From NCBI GenBank assembly GCA_008369845.1, contig MRSU01002918.1, positions 1 through 56,522 of the forward strand: a DNA stretch of 56,522 bases. Reading direction: 5' to 3'. The translations under genes and the position numbers were made by a program. Shown in pieces: positions 10,548-21,050 of this stretch. The DNA comes from Trichomonas gallinae. Its lineage: Eukaryota. Position 1 is the stretch's first letter; each line of letters begins with the position of its first letter. The notes beneath the pieces were generated by a model. That model was not told the origin of the DNA. It worked only from the letters and a program-made list of their open reading frames with translations, and ran no database searches.

Positions 10548-11933
10548 TCAAAGGAAAAACGCAACAAACAAGAATAAAATAAAAGAAGCCAAGCCGAGAA
10601 GGACGACAAATCTCTTCCGTTTTGGCAGTCTGTATATAGAATATATAATTGAGGTTGGTGTCTTTTTTTGAACAGTTTGCGGATATTCACAAATTGGAAT
10701 ATTCATTAAATGCCTTGTATTTTGGTTGGATTCAGTTATAATATTGGTCCAGTTTGCATATTGACTAGTGTCAATCAATGGCTCAATAATTTCTGAAATA
10801 ATTCGAAGTTGGCCCCAATAAACAGCTGTTGTTGTTCCTCTTTTGAGGTACTGTTGAACTATTCTCTTGGGGAGCTGTGTTTTATCGAACAATAAATCAA
10901 CATCTCCGCCATTTTGAATATATGATTGAATACAAGAAAGCGCATAATTGTGGACAAATGAGTTGATTGGCATTGAGAACATCATATCTATGGATTTGAC
11001 TGTGATTTGGAAGCTGTTGTTGTCAATATAATGAGATCCATTCTGTAAAACTATAAAAAGCTTTCCAACAGCGTTTTCATATATGCCATAGTTACTGCAT
11101 GTCAATAGAATATGTGTTGTTAGCGGAAGAAAAGATTTCATGTTCTCAGTAACTTTTTTCCAATCAGAAAATTGCATAAAAGAAATTGCAGTAATGTAAA
11201 CATTCCTAAGGAAGTCTATACCGTGAAAATCTTTCTTTTCTGATGCAATTTTCCAAGTGGAATTCAAAATTGATTTCTCTTGAAAAGTTTCTGCCGCATG
11301 TCTTAAGAAAAATTCATTAATGAAGCAATTTTGTATGAGCCTTAGAGCTGTGGTACCATTTACTGTACTATTTATGTACTCTTGACAAAGGATTTTGCAC
11401 AAACTCGCATTTGTTAATACTGGATAAGATGTTGGAGTTAACGAAATTACCATAGACTGTATGAATCTGGCTGGTGTATCGTATATTAATGTATTGGCAA
11501 GGGTTTTGAAATATTTTTTCATATCGAATAAATTAAATAATGAAAAATTCGTACTGATGAGTATGTTATTCATTAAATCAAAGTATTGCACTTGTGATCT
11601 TACTGAATATTGCGTGATATTTTGTGGTATTTCTTGAATAATTTTGAGAAACAAAGGTGATTCGAATAATCTTTGATATAAATCTGTCTCTCGACTTGAA
11701 AGAATATTCAGGCATATGCTTTGAAGTCCACTTGTTGGCTGTGGTATGATCATTAATGCATATTTCATAACTTCTTCGATATGATCAACAATATATTGTA
11801 AAACAACAGGAGATCTATGCATCCAAGCAACCCCAAAATTGTTGGTACCAACAAGGGTATCGAATGTGATGGTATTTCGGAGGATGATCCCCTCTATCGT
11901 GGCAACCGATTCAGGAGATTCGGTCGCCCGCAT
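10548..11933 (-). CDS. SAPS/SIT4-associated-like helical protein with C-terminal transmembrane anchor (461 aa)
   Basis: VLQYIVDHIEEVMKYAL near the N-terminus, PINSFVHN and YWGQLRIISE resemble SAPS-domain motifs. The C-terminus is RKRFVVLLGLASFILFLFVAFFL. Confidence 0.6.
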   Translation of the reverse strand: MRATESPESVATIEGIILRNTITFDTLVGTNNFGVAWMHRSPVVLQYIVDHIEEVMKYALMIIPQPTSGLQSICLNILSSRETDLYQRLFESPLFLKIIQEIPQNITQYSVRSQVQYFDLMNNILISTNFSLFNLFDMKKYFKTLANTLIYDTPARFIQSMVISLTPTSYPVLTNASLCKILCQEYINSTVNGTTALRLIQNCFINEFFLRHAAETFQEKSILNSTWKIASEKKDFHGIDFLRNVYITAISFMQFSDWKKVTENMKSFLPLTTHILLTCSNYGIYENAVGKLFIVLQNGSHYIDNNSFQITVKSIDMMFSMPINSFVHNYALSCIQSYIQNGGDVDLLFDKTQLPKRIVQQYLKRGTTTAVYWGQLRIISEIIEPLIDTSQYANWTNIITESNQNTRHLMNIPICEYPQTVQKKTPTSIIYSIYRLPKRKRFVVLLGLASFILFLFVAFFL

Positions 11934-12118
11934 TATTTTTTTGATTTTTTGTTTTTTTCACTTATATAATGGATCTACTATTTATAAATTTATTAATTTT
12001 TGAGTTTTCTTGAAAAAGAAATCAAAGAATTTTGACATGTAAAGTGTCAGAAAATATGGAAGGAGATTTTGACAAAGGTGTGGACACCTAAAATCTGACT
12101 TTTGTCAAAAATTCAAAA

Positions 12119-12223
12119 GGTTCGGCGTCTATTAGCATAGGCGATTAGGACTGAACTAGCATACTGTATCTATACCCTTAATTTGGAAGGCTTCTGCCGG
12201 GAAGACCAGGTGCCCGTATTTTT
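12119..12223 (+). ncRNA. Candidate structured small ncRNA (unassigned; strand uncertain)
   Basis: About 49% GC island in AT-rich intergenic DNA. It has nested stems GGTTCGG/CTGAACT and CGTCTAT/ATAGGCG, an Sm-site-like AATTTGG (12180-12186), a hairpin GGCTTCT-GCCG-GGAAGACC and a T5 run. Confidence 0.35.
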
Positions 12224-12224
12224 A

Positions 12225-12322
12225 TTTTGACAATGTAAAATTATTATTCTGAAGTTGTAAAAATCATTCTGACGATGTAAAATTAATTTTGACAATGTAA
12301 AATCGATTTTGACAATGTAAAT
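12225..12322. repeat. 20-bp-period tandem array, 5 copies of TT(T/C)TGACAATGTAAAA
   Basis: Copies start at 12225, 12247, 12267, 12287 and 12307. Confidence 0.9.
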
Positions 12323-12433
12323 TTTGAGATTTTGGTTTTTAAACGCTAAACTAAGATGTAGTAGGCTTTACTAGTCCGTTTCTCAAGTTTTCGAAGAGAT
12401 TCGATTTTGATTTTGAAAAATTAAACGAAAAAG

Positions 12434-15400
12434 GTGTGGAGAATTTCAAGATTTCACGACCGTTTATGTTTTGCATATCATAATGATGTCTTTCGGAAAA
12501 AATCACAAAATCTCTTGACCGCATCGAAATTTATTCAGCGAAATTCACAGTGTGAATTGGAGCTGCGTAAATGGATAGTGCAAACTATTCCCGAAGATGA
12601 GTATACAGCAAAGATTTTGCCAATTCTTTGCGGAGAAAAGGAAATCAATAAAGATTTTCTTTCAAATCTTAAAAGATTTTCATTTCCTATAGATGAAATC
12701 AAAGTACAGCCGGAAGATTTGGCAAAATCTGACTTTGAATCGTTTATCATCGCGTTAATTCATGCAAATACAGATAATTCGTTATTTCAAATGATAATAT
12801 ACTTTTTACTCCAACTTCCTCCGCATAAAATCGACAATTACATCGCTTACTTCATGAAAATTACGAAACAAGAATATATTGATGAAAATCTGAATCTTTT
12901 ACCATTATGTTCGCCAGTTTTCATCAGATACGCAGACAGTCTGAACACAGAAGCCAATTTCATACAATCTTTTAAGATTTTATTCTCTTCTTTTAATCAT
13001 TTTACAGATTATGTCGCCAAATACGTAATAAAATCATTTAGAAACGCGATAAACCTAGGAATAGGCATCAACAAAGTCCAGCAAATGATACAAATCGTTT
13101 TTCAATCAAATCCTGTAAAACCTGGAAAAATTTCGCCATTTGACGTTTTCTTCACTGCATTCTCAGATCTATCGACTCATCTAACGAAGTATTTTTCAAA
13201 TATCGACTTCGAGCAGATTTTTGCTGATGTTAAAGAAAGATCCGATTTACCGCCTTCATTTTTACGATTCTTGATAGATTTATCAGCATATTTCCAGTTC
13301 ACTCCAGATATGCTTTGGTCCTACGCGATCAGATTCCCATCATTACTGTTTACTTACATTTCACATTTAGATTTAGACAAAATAACAAAGACATGGATCT
13401 TGATTCTAGAAAGGATGACATCTCTGCCTAGAACAGATCAATCCCTTGACTGGCAAATAACCATTTTGCTGTTCTTTTTATCACATTTACGTTCAAGGCC
13501 AGAACTGATGAAAACATTTATAGCGAAGAAAGTGCATCAGTGGATGATCTCAGTTCTATGGTCAATAAGAGGGCACGGAACGAGCGATAGAAAAAGTGCG
13601 TTTTTCGCAATAACATTGATATTTTCTAGGATTGAAGAAGTTATTGCGAAAATTTTCTCGGCGAATGTACAGTTTAAGGAGATATTTAACATATTCACAG
13701 ACAATAAAACCAACATAGATACTTTAGCAACAATAATTTTGTGGATTTTAGAACCAAATCAAACATTTCCATTCCACAATCAACTTGGAAACGAACAGTT
13801 AGTGTCAAAGAACTTAGGTACATCAATGACATTCGCCAAAGAACTACTTCCTAATATATTGTATTTATTCTTAAAATTAGGAATTGAATCTTACTCAAAA
13901 TCCGAAGTTTTCTTGCATTTCTTGGAGTCTATCATCAATATAGCGTGTAATGATCCTTGCAGACAGTTTTTATTAGGAAGAGTTTTAACAGAAGATTTGC
14001 TAAATTTGTATGCATCGCATTGGTCTGATAATGAGATATTCTTCAAGTTTATCGCAATAGCGCTTTCCATCAATTGCAGCTTCACTGCTTTTTCTACAGT
14101 TTTCAAGAACATTTCAAATAATTTAAGCAAAACAATCGAATTTTTGAATATTTTATCAGAATACACCCCAATTGTCAATGATTTCATACACATTGACAGT
14201 CCATTTCCTCTCAATTCCAATATAATGAACGGATCAATTTTGATTTGGGTTCGATTTCACAATATTTCGTCTCGTGTCCTGCAAATTGTATCAGGAAAGC
14301 ACACAATAATTCTCGCTAATAACTCAAACAATGTCTATGTGCAAGATAATGACAAGTTTTTGTGCACATTTCCATTAGGAAACGGAATTGAAGGTTGGCA
14401 CTTAATCCATATAAGACTAGAAAAGAAGAAGTCCACATTTTCATTCGATTTATCCGATAATTCATCAGAAATTTGTTTTGATTCAAATGCAAGCTTAATT
14501 ATTGGAGGAACAGGTTCATCTTTTGACATGCAATCGTTCAGACTATTCAGACCAAGCCTGCACAAGCCAGAAGTTCTCTATTTGTTTTCTCTCGGCCCAA
14601 ACATGAAAGAATTCTTATATAAAGATTTCGCTTCGATTTCTTTGCAAAACCCTTCGTATGTCATTGGTTCTTCGTTTATTTCGACCCTCTACGCAAGCTG
14701 GACGAACCAACTCGCGAATATTCCTGAATCTTTAGATATTTTCGGAAAAAAGTTCGAATTATCGATTTCTCCGCCTTATCAAGAAGTGATGAATATGAGG
14801 AGGTCAGCGTCAATAGAAAAAGGCAGAGAAATTTCTCTAACGTCATCCACTGATAATTCTCAATTATTTTCTTCCAGACTCCAGTTTAATGACTTTATTA
14901 ACTCATTAGAAGCATTTGGAGGAACAGCAATGCTCACTCATATCATCGCAGAAGCGATTTTAAAGCATCCTGAGCTTCAAAGCGGCGCAATTAAATTATT
15001 ACACAATTTAGTCAACAGATTCCCGCTTTTCCACTTGTCTTTCTTAAAGAAGAAGCTATATCAGGCACTGGGACAGTTGATGTGGACTCCAAATCTCGAT
15101 TATCACGTAATTGAAGATTATTCTTTGACCACGGTTGACGATCAGATCCTTTTATCGAATTTACCACTCCTCAAGAACTTCTTGTTTGGACCAGCCCTTT
15201 ATCATTGCAATTTGAGCAATTCAATAACAAAAATTTATCGATCTTTGACATTTGGACCTTTTGCTGACCACAATAGATCAGTATTAATCAAGTTAGACGC
15301 ATTCACATTGATTATTCAGTCTATTTCCAATTCAACACAACATACAAAAGAATTTCTTGATTTTTTGGCGAATTTAGCTCTCGCAATCACTACTCCTGAT

Positions 15401-18400
15401 AATGCAGCCAGGTATTCAAAGAAATTGTTCAGTTTCATTATGATAAATCACTTGAGTTTTTCGCTTTCAGAGTCAACAATCGACGAAACAGTAGATGTGT
15501 CGACTCCTTTGAGCGAATTCAGGTCAAGAGTTGCTGCCCCTGCTTCTCTAAGAAGCGCGAAAAGCACTGTCGCAATGATAAACCTTTTGACTAATCTATT
15601 GACGAAGTACATAGTTCCACTTGATATAGGATTGACTCTCGGCGCTTTTATCACTTCAACAGTCAAAATACAAATCGCTTTAATAGACTTAATACTCAAA
15701 AACGGAGGCCAGCAGCTTATGTATATATTGGCTGTTGTCATAACTAATCTACAAAACTCTCCGAAAATCGCACAATATATATATGTTTTTGGACAAGCGA
15801 TGCTCGTTTCTTCTTTATTTAATTTACATCATTTAACGATTCCTTTGTTATATATGATTGCTCACAACAGCTACAACGACTATGTCAACTCATTGACTAA
15901 TTCAGCTTTGTATAACATCAAGACAATGAAAAACATTCCATTGATTGTTTTCGAGCATTTATCGATGATGATAAAATTATTAGAAAATCACACAGTCGAT
16001 GAAATATCGCTAATTATTCCACAGGACATAACAGAAGAAGGAATCAAAACAGATACAAACTTATCTCTGTTTTTCACGTCAATTCTCAAAAGAGGAATCG
16101 AAATCGGTGATGAAGAAAATGTCGAGAAATTCTTTATTTCTATCTTCGCATTCAAGACGATTCCTGAATACAGATTATCATGCGTTTCACTATATTTACT
16201 TGGCAGAGTCATCGAAAATTCTCTTAGTTCACAGCTTTGTGCTCCTCATTTATCAACTCTAGCGAATTTCGCTGTTTCTTTCGGTTCATTCGTTTTCAAC
16301 AGAATCCATTTGATGCCAGGCGAAAGAAGCGAAATTTTGTCATGTATTTTAGTCTATTTTCTCAGACAGGTTTTGCTGATTGTCGATGAGTCAGTCAGCG
16401 ACGTCGCAAAGACATTAGACATGCTTGTAGATTTTTCGTCTTTGAACACGATTTCGGCGAGAATTTCCAATGATGTCAAGAAGCACAGAAAAATTTCTAA
16501 ATCTAAAAAATACTTTGAAATAATCGACAGACTGGAAAATCCAACATCATTCGCACCAGTCAAAGCCAAGAAGCCACCTTTTGAGCTGGATCTAAAGAAA
16601 TTCGAAGAAATTGTAGCTGACAGAGAAAGAAGGGATGTTGCTGCTTTGTTGACAATTGTTTGCAACGCCATATCATATCAAGCACTTCATGCAGCTGATG
16701 TTGCAACAGTCGGCGTGAAAATCGACACAATGATTGACACTTGGCATGATGTGTTCCAGTCATTGATGGGAGAATCATCAATTTTCGCTGAGTGTCCTCC
16801 TAAATATTGTTTGAATGAAACAACGACAGATCCATCAGTAAGAAGAATTCTGTTCCCGCTTAATCCAGCTGTAGACAGAGTTTACTTGTCATACTGGAGA
16901 GAAAAATATGCAACTGAGCCTCCAAATATCAGATTGACTCTCGCTGACGTGATGCAGTTCGCGCCAACACTTTACATGGAAGACGACGTCTTGTTTAACG
17001 GCGACGCTGTAAGACTGGCTGGTATTTCAATGCTTAAAGGTGTAATAGTTGTGACAAATGACGCAATTAAGTTCTACCAGAAGCCAAAGAGTTCGTCATT
17101 CTTCGAAGAACTCATGAGAATTCCTTTCTCTCAACTAAAATCCGTCAAACTCTCGATGTTCCAACATCTCCCGAAAGGAATAATCATCGAAGACAACATG
17201 GAGTGTTTGTTCATTTTCGCGCTCGAAACACCATCACTCAGAGACAGATTCGTCGACATATTGCAGGGTATTGGAGTGAAAGTCAACAATGGAATCAACA
17301 AAGACGAACTCCAGAAAGCAACACAAATGTGGTGCGAAGGAAAATTATCAACATTTAACTACATCTTAAAACTGAATTTCATCAGTGGAAGGTCGTGGTC
17401 AGATTTCACCCAATTCCCAATCTTCCCGTGGACACTGATTGACTTCAGCGGAGAAAGACCTGGAGCTTTCAGAGATTTCAAGTTCCCGATATTTGCTCAA
17501 TCAGTCGAACAGCAGAAATGTTTGACTGATTATTACAACGCAACTGTTGCAATGAACATTGGACCTTATCACTTCTCGAATTACGTGTCAAATGTCGGCA
17601 GTTCTCTTTATTTCTTGATAAGATTGGAGCCATTCACAGACGAAGAAATCGCTTTCCAAAGCGGCTCTTTTGACGCAGCTGACAGAACATTTCAGAGCTT
17701 CCAGATAACTAGGGATTTGATGGTGTCTCCAGGCGCGAAAAGTTCTCTAGAAATGGTTGCCGAAGCTTATTTAGTTCCAGAAATGTTTGTAAACACAAAC
17801 AAACTTGTCTTCCCTGAGTCTCCAATAACACACAGAGACATAAACAACGTTGTTCTGCCTCTGTGGGCGAACAATTCGCCGGAATTCTTCGTGAGAGTCA
17901 TGAGAAAAGCTCTCGAAAGCGATGAAACATCAGAAACATTAAACGAGTGGATTGACTTAATATGGGGAGTAAGGAGACAAGGGCCACTAGCATTTGAAAG
18001 ATTTAATGTTTTGCAGCCGATTATTTTCCAATTCGATCCAGAACAATATGTTAATGACAGAATAATGATGAAAGCAGTCATTGAGCAAATCCACAACTGC
18101 GGACAAGCTCCAGTCCAATTATTCAACGATTTCCATCCAAGAAGAACATTCAGGACAAACAGAAAGATGGTATTAAAATTAGCACAGTCGAGTATTCCTG
18201 TCAACAGCCAGAATTTGCATCAGTTTAAATTCAAGAGAGATGACGGGTGGTTTAAGTTGCCAAATAATTACAAGGTAAGAATTTGCTACGGAAAAATCGA
18301 ATACATGCACACCAAACTTGCCTCTGGTACTTCAGGCAGCGCATTTGCTTTCGCTGATGAGATTAGGCCAATATGTTTGCACACGGATAACGATGAAATC

Positions 18401-18982
18401 GTTACTGGCCACAAGATTCCTATAATAAATCATTGGAAGGCAACGGAAATCGGCATGAAACATAAAGCGTCATTGAGAGGACATTTAGAGAAAGTTTCGA
18501 CTGTTTCTATATCATCACACGCTAAACTGATTCTTGCTGGTCACGTTGACGGAAAAATCTCGTCATTTACTTCAGATTCTCACAGATTTTTAAGAGTCAT
18601 AGAATGCCAAGAAATTGCCCCGATACATTGGATTAAAGTTTGCCCGACAACTGGCACATTTTTGGTTGTCCAGAAGGTGAACGACAAAACTATTTTGACT
18701 GTGTTCAGAGTCAACGGGCAAATCCAAAAAATGCGAGAACTTGATGATGAAATTATTGATATTTCAGTAACTTCATTTCCGGAAGGTGTTCAGAACAATT
18801 ACTTCTTTATACTCACGAATACATCACTTTTGATGCTCAGTGAGTCCTCTTTGAAGACGAAACAACAATTTAAATTCGAAGAAAAAGCTAAGCCGATTTC
18901 AGTCAACATTTGGAATGGTAATAGCGTTATTGTTATAAGAGAAGACAGAACATTGTCTCTATGGACATTTGTTCCACAATAA
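12434..18982 (+). CDS. BEACH-domain protein (ConA/LamG-like, PH, BEACH, WD40); true start uncertain
   Basis: BEACH motifs WCEGKLSTFNYILKLNFISGRSWSDFTQFPIFPW, FLIRLEPF, FDAADRTF, VVLPLWA, ALESD, LNEWIDLIWG and GQAPVQLF. WD40-like LRGHLEKVSTV follows. The first in-frame ATG is only at 12791. Confidence 0.93.
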   Translation: MWRISRFHDRLCFAYHNDVFRKKSQNLLTASKFIQRNSQCELELRKWIVQTIPEDEYTAKILPILCGEKEINKDFLSNLKRFSFPIDEIKVQPEDLAKSDFESFIIALIHANTDNSLFQMIIYFLLQLPPHKIDNYIAYFMKITKQEYIDENLNLLPLCSPVFIRYADSLNTEANFIQSFKILFSSFNHFTDYVAKYVIKSFRNAINLGIGINKVQQMIQIVFQSNPVKPGKISPFDVFFTAFSDLSTHLTKYFSNIDFEQIFADVKERSDLPPSFLRFLIDLSAYFQFTPDMLWSYAIRFPSLLFTYISHLDLDKITKTWILILERMTSLPRTDQSLDWQITILLFFLSHLRSRPELMKTFIAKKVHQWMISVLWSIRGHGTSDRKSAFFAITLIFSRIEEVIAKIFSANVQFKEIFNIFTDNKTNIDTLATIILWILEPNQTFPFHNQLGNEQLVSKNLGTSMTFAKELLPNILYLFLKLGIESYSKSEVFLHFLESIINIACNDPCRQFLLGRVLTEDLLNLYASHWSDNEIFFKFIAIALSINCSFTAFSTVFKNISNNLSKTIEFLNILSEYTPIVNDFIHIDSPFPLNSNIMNGSILIWVRFHNISSRVLQIVSGKHTIILANNSNNVYVQDNDKFLCTFPLGNGIEGWHLIHIRLEKKKSTFSFDLSDNSSEICFDSNASLIIGGTGSSFDMQSFRLFRPSLHKPEVLYLFSLGPNMKEFLYKDFASISLQNPSYVIGSSFISTLYASWTNQLANIPESLDIFGKKFELSISPPYQEVMNMRRSASIEKGREISLTSSTDNSQLFSSRLQFNDFINSLEAFGGTAMLTHIIAEAILKHPELQSGAIKLLHNLVNRFPLFHLSFLKKKLYQALGQLMWTPNLDYHVIEDYSLTTVDDQILLSNLPLLKNFLFGPALYHCNLSNSITKIYRSLTFGPFADHNRSVLIKLDAFTLIIQSISNSTQHTKEFLDFLANLALAITTPDNAARYSKKLFSFIMINHLSFSLSESTIDETVDVSTPLSEFRSRVAAPASLRSAKSTVAMINLLTNLLTKYIVPLDIGLTLGAFITSTVKIQIALIDLILKNGGQQLMYILAVVITNLQNSPKIAQYIYVFGQAMLVSSLFNLHHLTIPLLYMIAHNSYNDYVNSLTNSALYNIKTMKNIPLIVFEHLSMMIKLLENHTVDEISLIIPQDITEEGIKTDTNLSLFFTSILKRGIEIGDEENVEKFFISIFAFKTIPEYRLSCVSLYLLGRVIENSLSSQLCAPHLSTLANFAVSFGSFVFNRIHLMPGERSEILSCILVYFLRQVLLIVDESVSDVAKTLDMLVDFSSLNTISARISNDVKKHRKISKSKKYFEIIDRLENPTSFAPVKAKKPPFELDLKKFEEIVADRERRDVAALLTIVCNAISYQALHAADVATVGVKIDTMIDTWHDVFQSLMGESSIFAECPPKYCLNETTTDPSVRRILFPLNPAVDRVYLSYWREKYATEPPNIRLTLADVMQFAPTLYMEDDVLFNGDAVRLAGISMLKGVIVVTNDAIKFYQKPKSSSFFEELMRIPFSQLKSVKLSMFQHLPKGIIIEDNMECLFIFALETPSLRDRFVDILQGIGVKVNNGINKDELQKATQMWCEGKLSTFNYILKLNFISGRSWSDFTQFPIFPWTLIDFSGERPGAFRDFKFPIFAQSVEQQKCLTDYYNATVAMNIGPYHFSNYVSNVGSSLYFLIRLEPFTDEEIAFQSGSFDAADRTFQSFQITRDLMVSPGAKSSLEMVAEAYLVPEMFVNTNKLVFPESPITHRDINNVVLPLWANNSPEFFVRVMRKALESDETSETLNEWIDLIWGVRRQGPLAFERFNVLQPIIFQFDPEQYVNDRIMMKAVIEQIHNCGQAPVQLFNDFHPRRTFRTNRKMVLKLAQSSIPVNSQNLHQFKFKRDDGWFKLPNNYKVRICYGKIEYMHTKLASGTSGSAFAFADEIRPICLHTDNDEIVTGHKIPIINHWKATEIGMKHKASLRGHLEKVSTVSISSHAKLILAGHVDGKISSFTSDSHRFLRVIECQEIAPIHWIKVCPTTGTFLVVQKVNDKTILTVFRVNGQIQKMRELDDEIIDISVTSFPEGVQNNYFFILTNTSLLMLSESSLKTKQQFKFEEKAKPISVNIWNGNSVIVIREDRTLSLWTFVPQ

Positions 18983-19184
18983 TAATTTTTCTATCCTTTT
19001 TTTTAATATATATGTTATAAAGTTTATAGTATTTTGCATAAAAGTTGAAAAGAAAGTTATTTTTTAAAATGAAGTTGAAATGAAATCAAAATTAGAAAAT
19101 TGTAATTTTGAAACAATAAAAGAAACTAATATTTAAAGGTAGATAACGTATATTGATCCATAAACAAGCCGAAAGTAGAGCGAT

Positions 19185-20396
19185 TTATGGGAATTCATGG
19201 CAGTGATTGAGATAATCAGCAACTCTTGGTCTGAATCTTGAAAGTGGGAACAAAGTCTTATTATACATGAAGTCTACCTCAAGTGGCTCATTGTTGTAAA
19301 CGAATCTTAAGTATAATTGTTCATTTTGATCTTCCCAAAGCTGTGTGATGAAATATGATCTGAATGGAGACCAGTGTGAGTTGTTGTAGCCGAGAAGCTT
19401 CAAAGCAGCAACAATAGAAACATCGTGAGCGCTGAGCAAAGCAAATTTGTAATTATTCTTGCCAGCGATGTGGTTATCGATGATACGCATGATTTCACGC
19501 ATGATGACTGATCCGGCAATGCCACGCTTGTAGGAGAAGAAGCCGTGAGAGTAAAATTCAACTGCATCCATACCAGCATCGAGAACTGTCTGATTAACAA
19601 GATCATTGAATGCATGGTGTGTGCAGGCAACTGTTGCCATCCAGTCACCAATGTACATCCAGTTTGCTTCGACTGCAGATATATTTAAGTTAACAGAGTC
19701 GGCAATTGGCTGTAAATATGGTAGAATTCTGTTCTTCTCTTTAATGTAATCATCTGTCTTAACCCATTCGTTCCAAGCTTGCTTCAATTCGCCGCAATAT
19801 GATGTTGTTGGGTGAAGCATTTCTAGAGCGTGATGGCCTGTTTCTATTGTCATTTCGTCGTTTGGTGTGACTGCTGGATAGAGTCCTGACATCAAAGACA
19901 TAGCAGAACGAATGCATCTGTCAACTTCAGAAGATCTGACGTAAATGTATCGTGGATCGTATGTTTCAGGTAAGAATTTGAGGTTATCTACATAGACTCT
20001 CCTTAAGAATTGGCCCAGTTCATAATGTTGTTGCATACCTTCAGTGGTAAGACCACCTGGTGGGCATGAAGGCTTGAACTTGAGTGTTGTGCTATCCATT
20101 TTCATGTGTTGGCGGCGTGGAATTGGTCCTCCTTGTGCCTGGAATCTTGCTGCCCAAGCGTTCTTGTCTTCATCATCGCAATACCAGTCATCTGACTCTG
20201 TCTTATTGTAAGATGCAATCGGACTACGTGCTCCATGGCGTGTTAACACGATAATTTGGCGAAGAGTGAAATTAGGTAAAGGCTCAGTACCCTGCAACTG
20301 ACGCTTATTGTCAGGAATGGGTGCTACACATGGAAAGTCAGTCCTCACAGACAATAATTGCCTCGAGCATAACACAAACAACGCGTTAAAAAACAT
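19185..20396 (-). CDS. Histidine acid phosphatase (branch 2), secreted/lysosomal
   Basis: Catalytic RHGARSP and SAHD motifs, VRSSEVDRCIRSA, and a hydrophobic N-terminal signal peptide. Confidence 0.95.
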   Translation of the reverse strand: MFFNALFVLCSRQLLSVRTDFPCVAPIPDNKRQLQGTEPLPNFTLRQIIVLTRHGARSPIASYNKTESDDWYCDDEDKNAWAARFQAQGGPIPRRQHMKMDSTTLKFKPSCPPGGLTTEGMQQHYELGQFLRRVYVDNLKFLPETYDPRYIYVRSSEVDRCIRSAMSLMSGLYPAVTPNDEMTIETGHHALEMLHPTTSYCGELKQAWNEWVKTDDYIKEKNRILPYLQPIADSVNLNISAVEANWMYIGDWMATVACTHHAFNDLVNQTVLDAGMDAVEFYSHGFFSYKRGIAGSVIMREIMRIIDNHIAGKNNYKFALLSAHDVSIVAALKLLGYNNSHWSPFRSYFITQLWEDQNEQLYLRFVYNNEPLEVDFMYNKTLFPLSRFRPRVADYLNHCHEFP

Positions 20397-20821
20397 TTTA
20401 ATTTTCTAAACCACAATTATCGTTTTTATCGTCTTATCATTCTCAATTTTATCGTTTTGTCACTTTTTGGAATTATTTATTATTTAAAACAACTCTACTT
20501 TTAGCAAATATTTGATTTATCATTGTTTCACTTTCTTAACATTAAATTGTAAACTATACAATTAGCTGTTTCATCTCTATCCGCATTTTTTAATTTTGAT
20601 AATCGATTTCCTTATGATCATTATAAGAAATTCAGATAGTTGTATGGTTTTATATGCATAATCACGTTGTTTTCATCTATAATACCTTTATTTTCAAGTT
20701 TTTTAAATCTGATATCACTTTATCAACACTTCTAACCATAGTTAATAGCATCCATACAACGCACACATAATAAACTTAAAGTTGCCATGAATCAGCATTA
20801 AATATTAAAAAAAGTGAATTA

Positions 20822-21050
20822 CCTTATTTTTTCAATTTTTGAAAATTTGCTTATAGCAGTTTTAAACCATGCAAACATCATCTTCTCCTGAAAAAATATA
20901 CGAAAACGCAATGATATAGATGATATCTCTTATTTTTTCAATTTTTAAAAAATCTTTTACAATAATTCTAAATCAGGCAACCATAATCTTCTCCTGAAAA
21001 ATATACGGAAATGCGAAGATATAGATGATATTTCTAATTTTTCAAAAAAT
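20822..21050. repeat. ~107-bp degenerate tandem duplication
   Basis: CTTATTTTTTCAATTTT...ATCTTCTCCTGAAAAA...GATATAGATGATAT appears twice, starting at ~20823 and ~20929. Confidence 0.85.

Noticed and set aside
12189..12223. Resemblance of GGGAAGACCAGGTGCCCGTA-TTTT to the 5S rRNA 3' end
   Set aside because: No 5' strand for helix I and no box A/C-like 5S sequence upstream, so it is not called as 5S.
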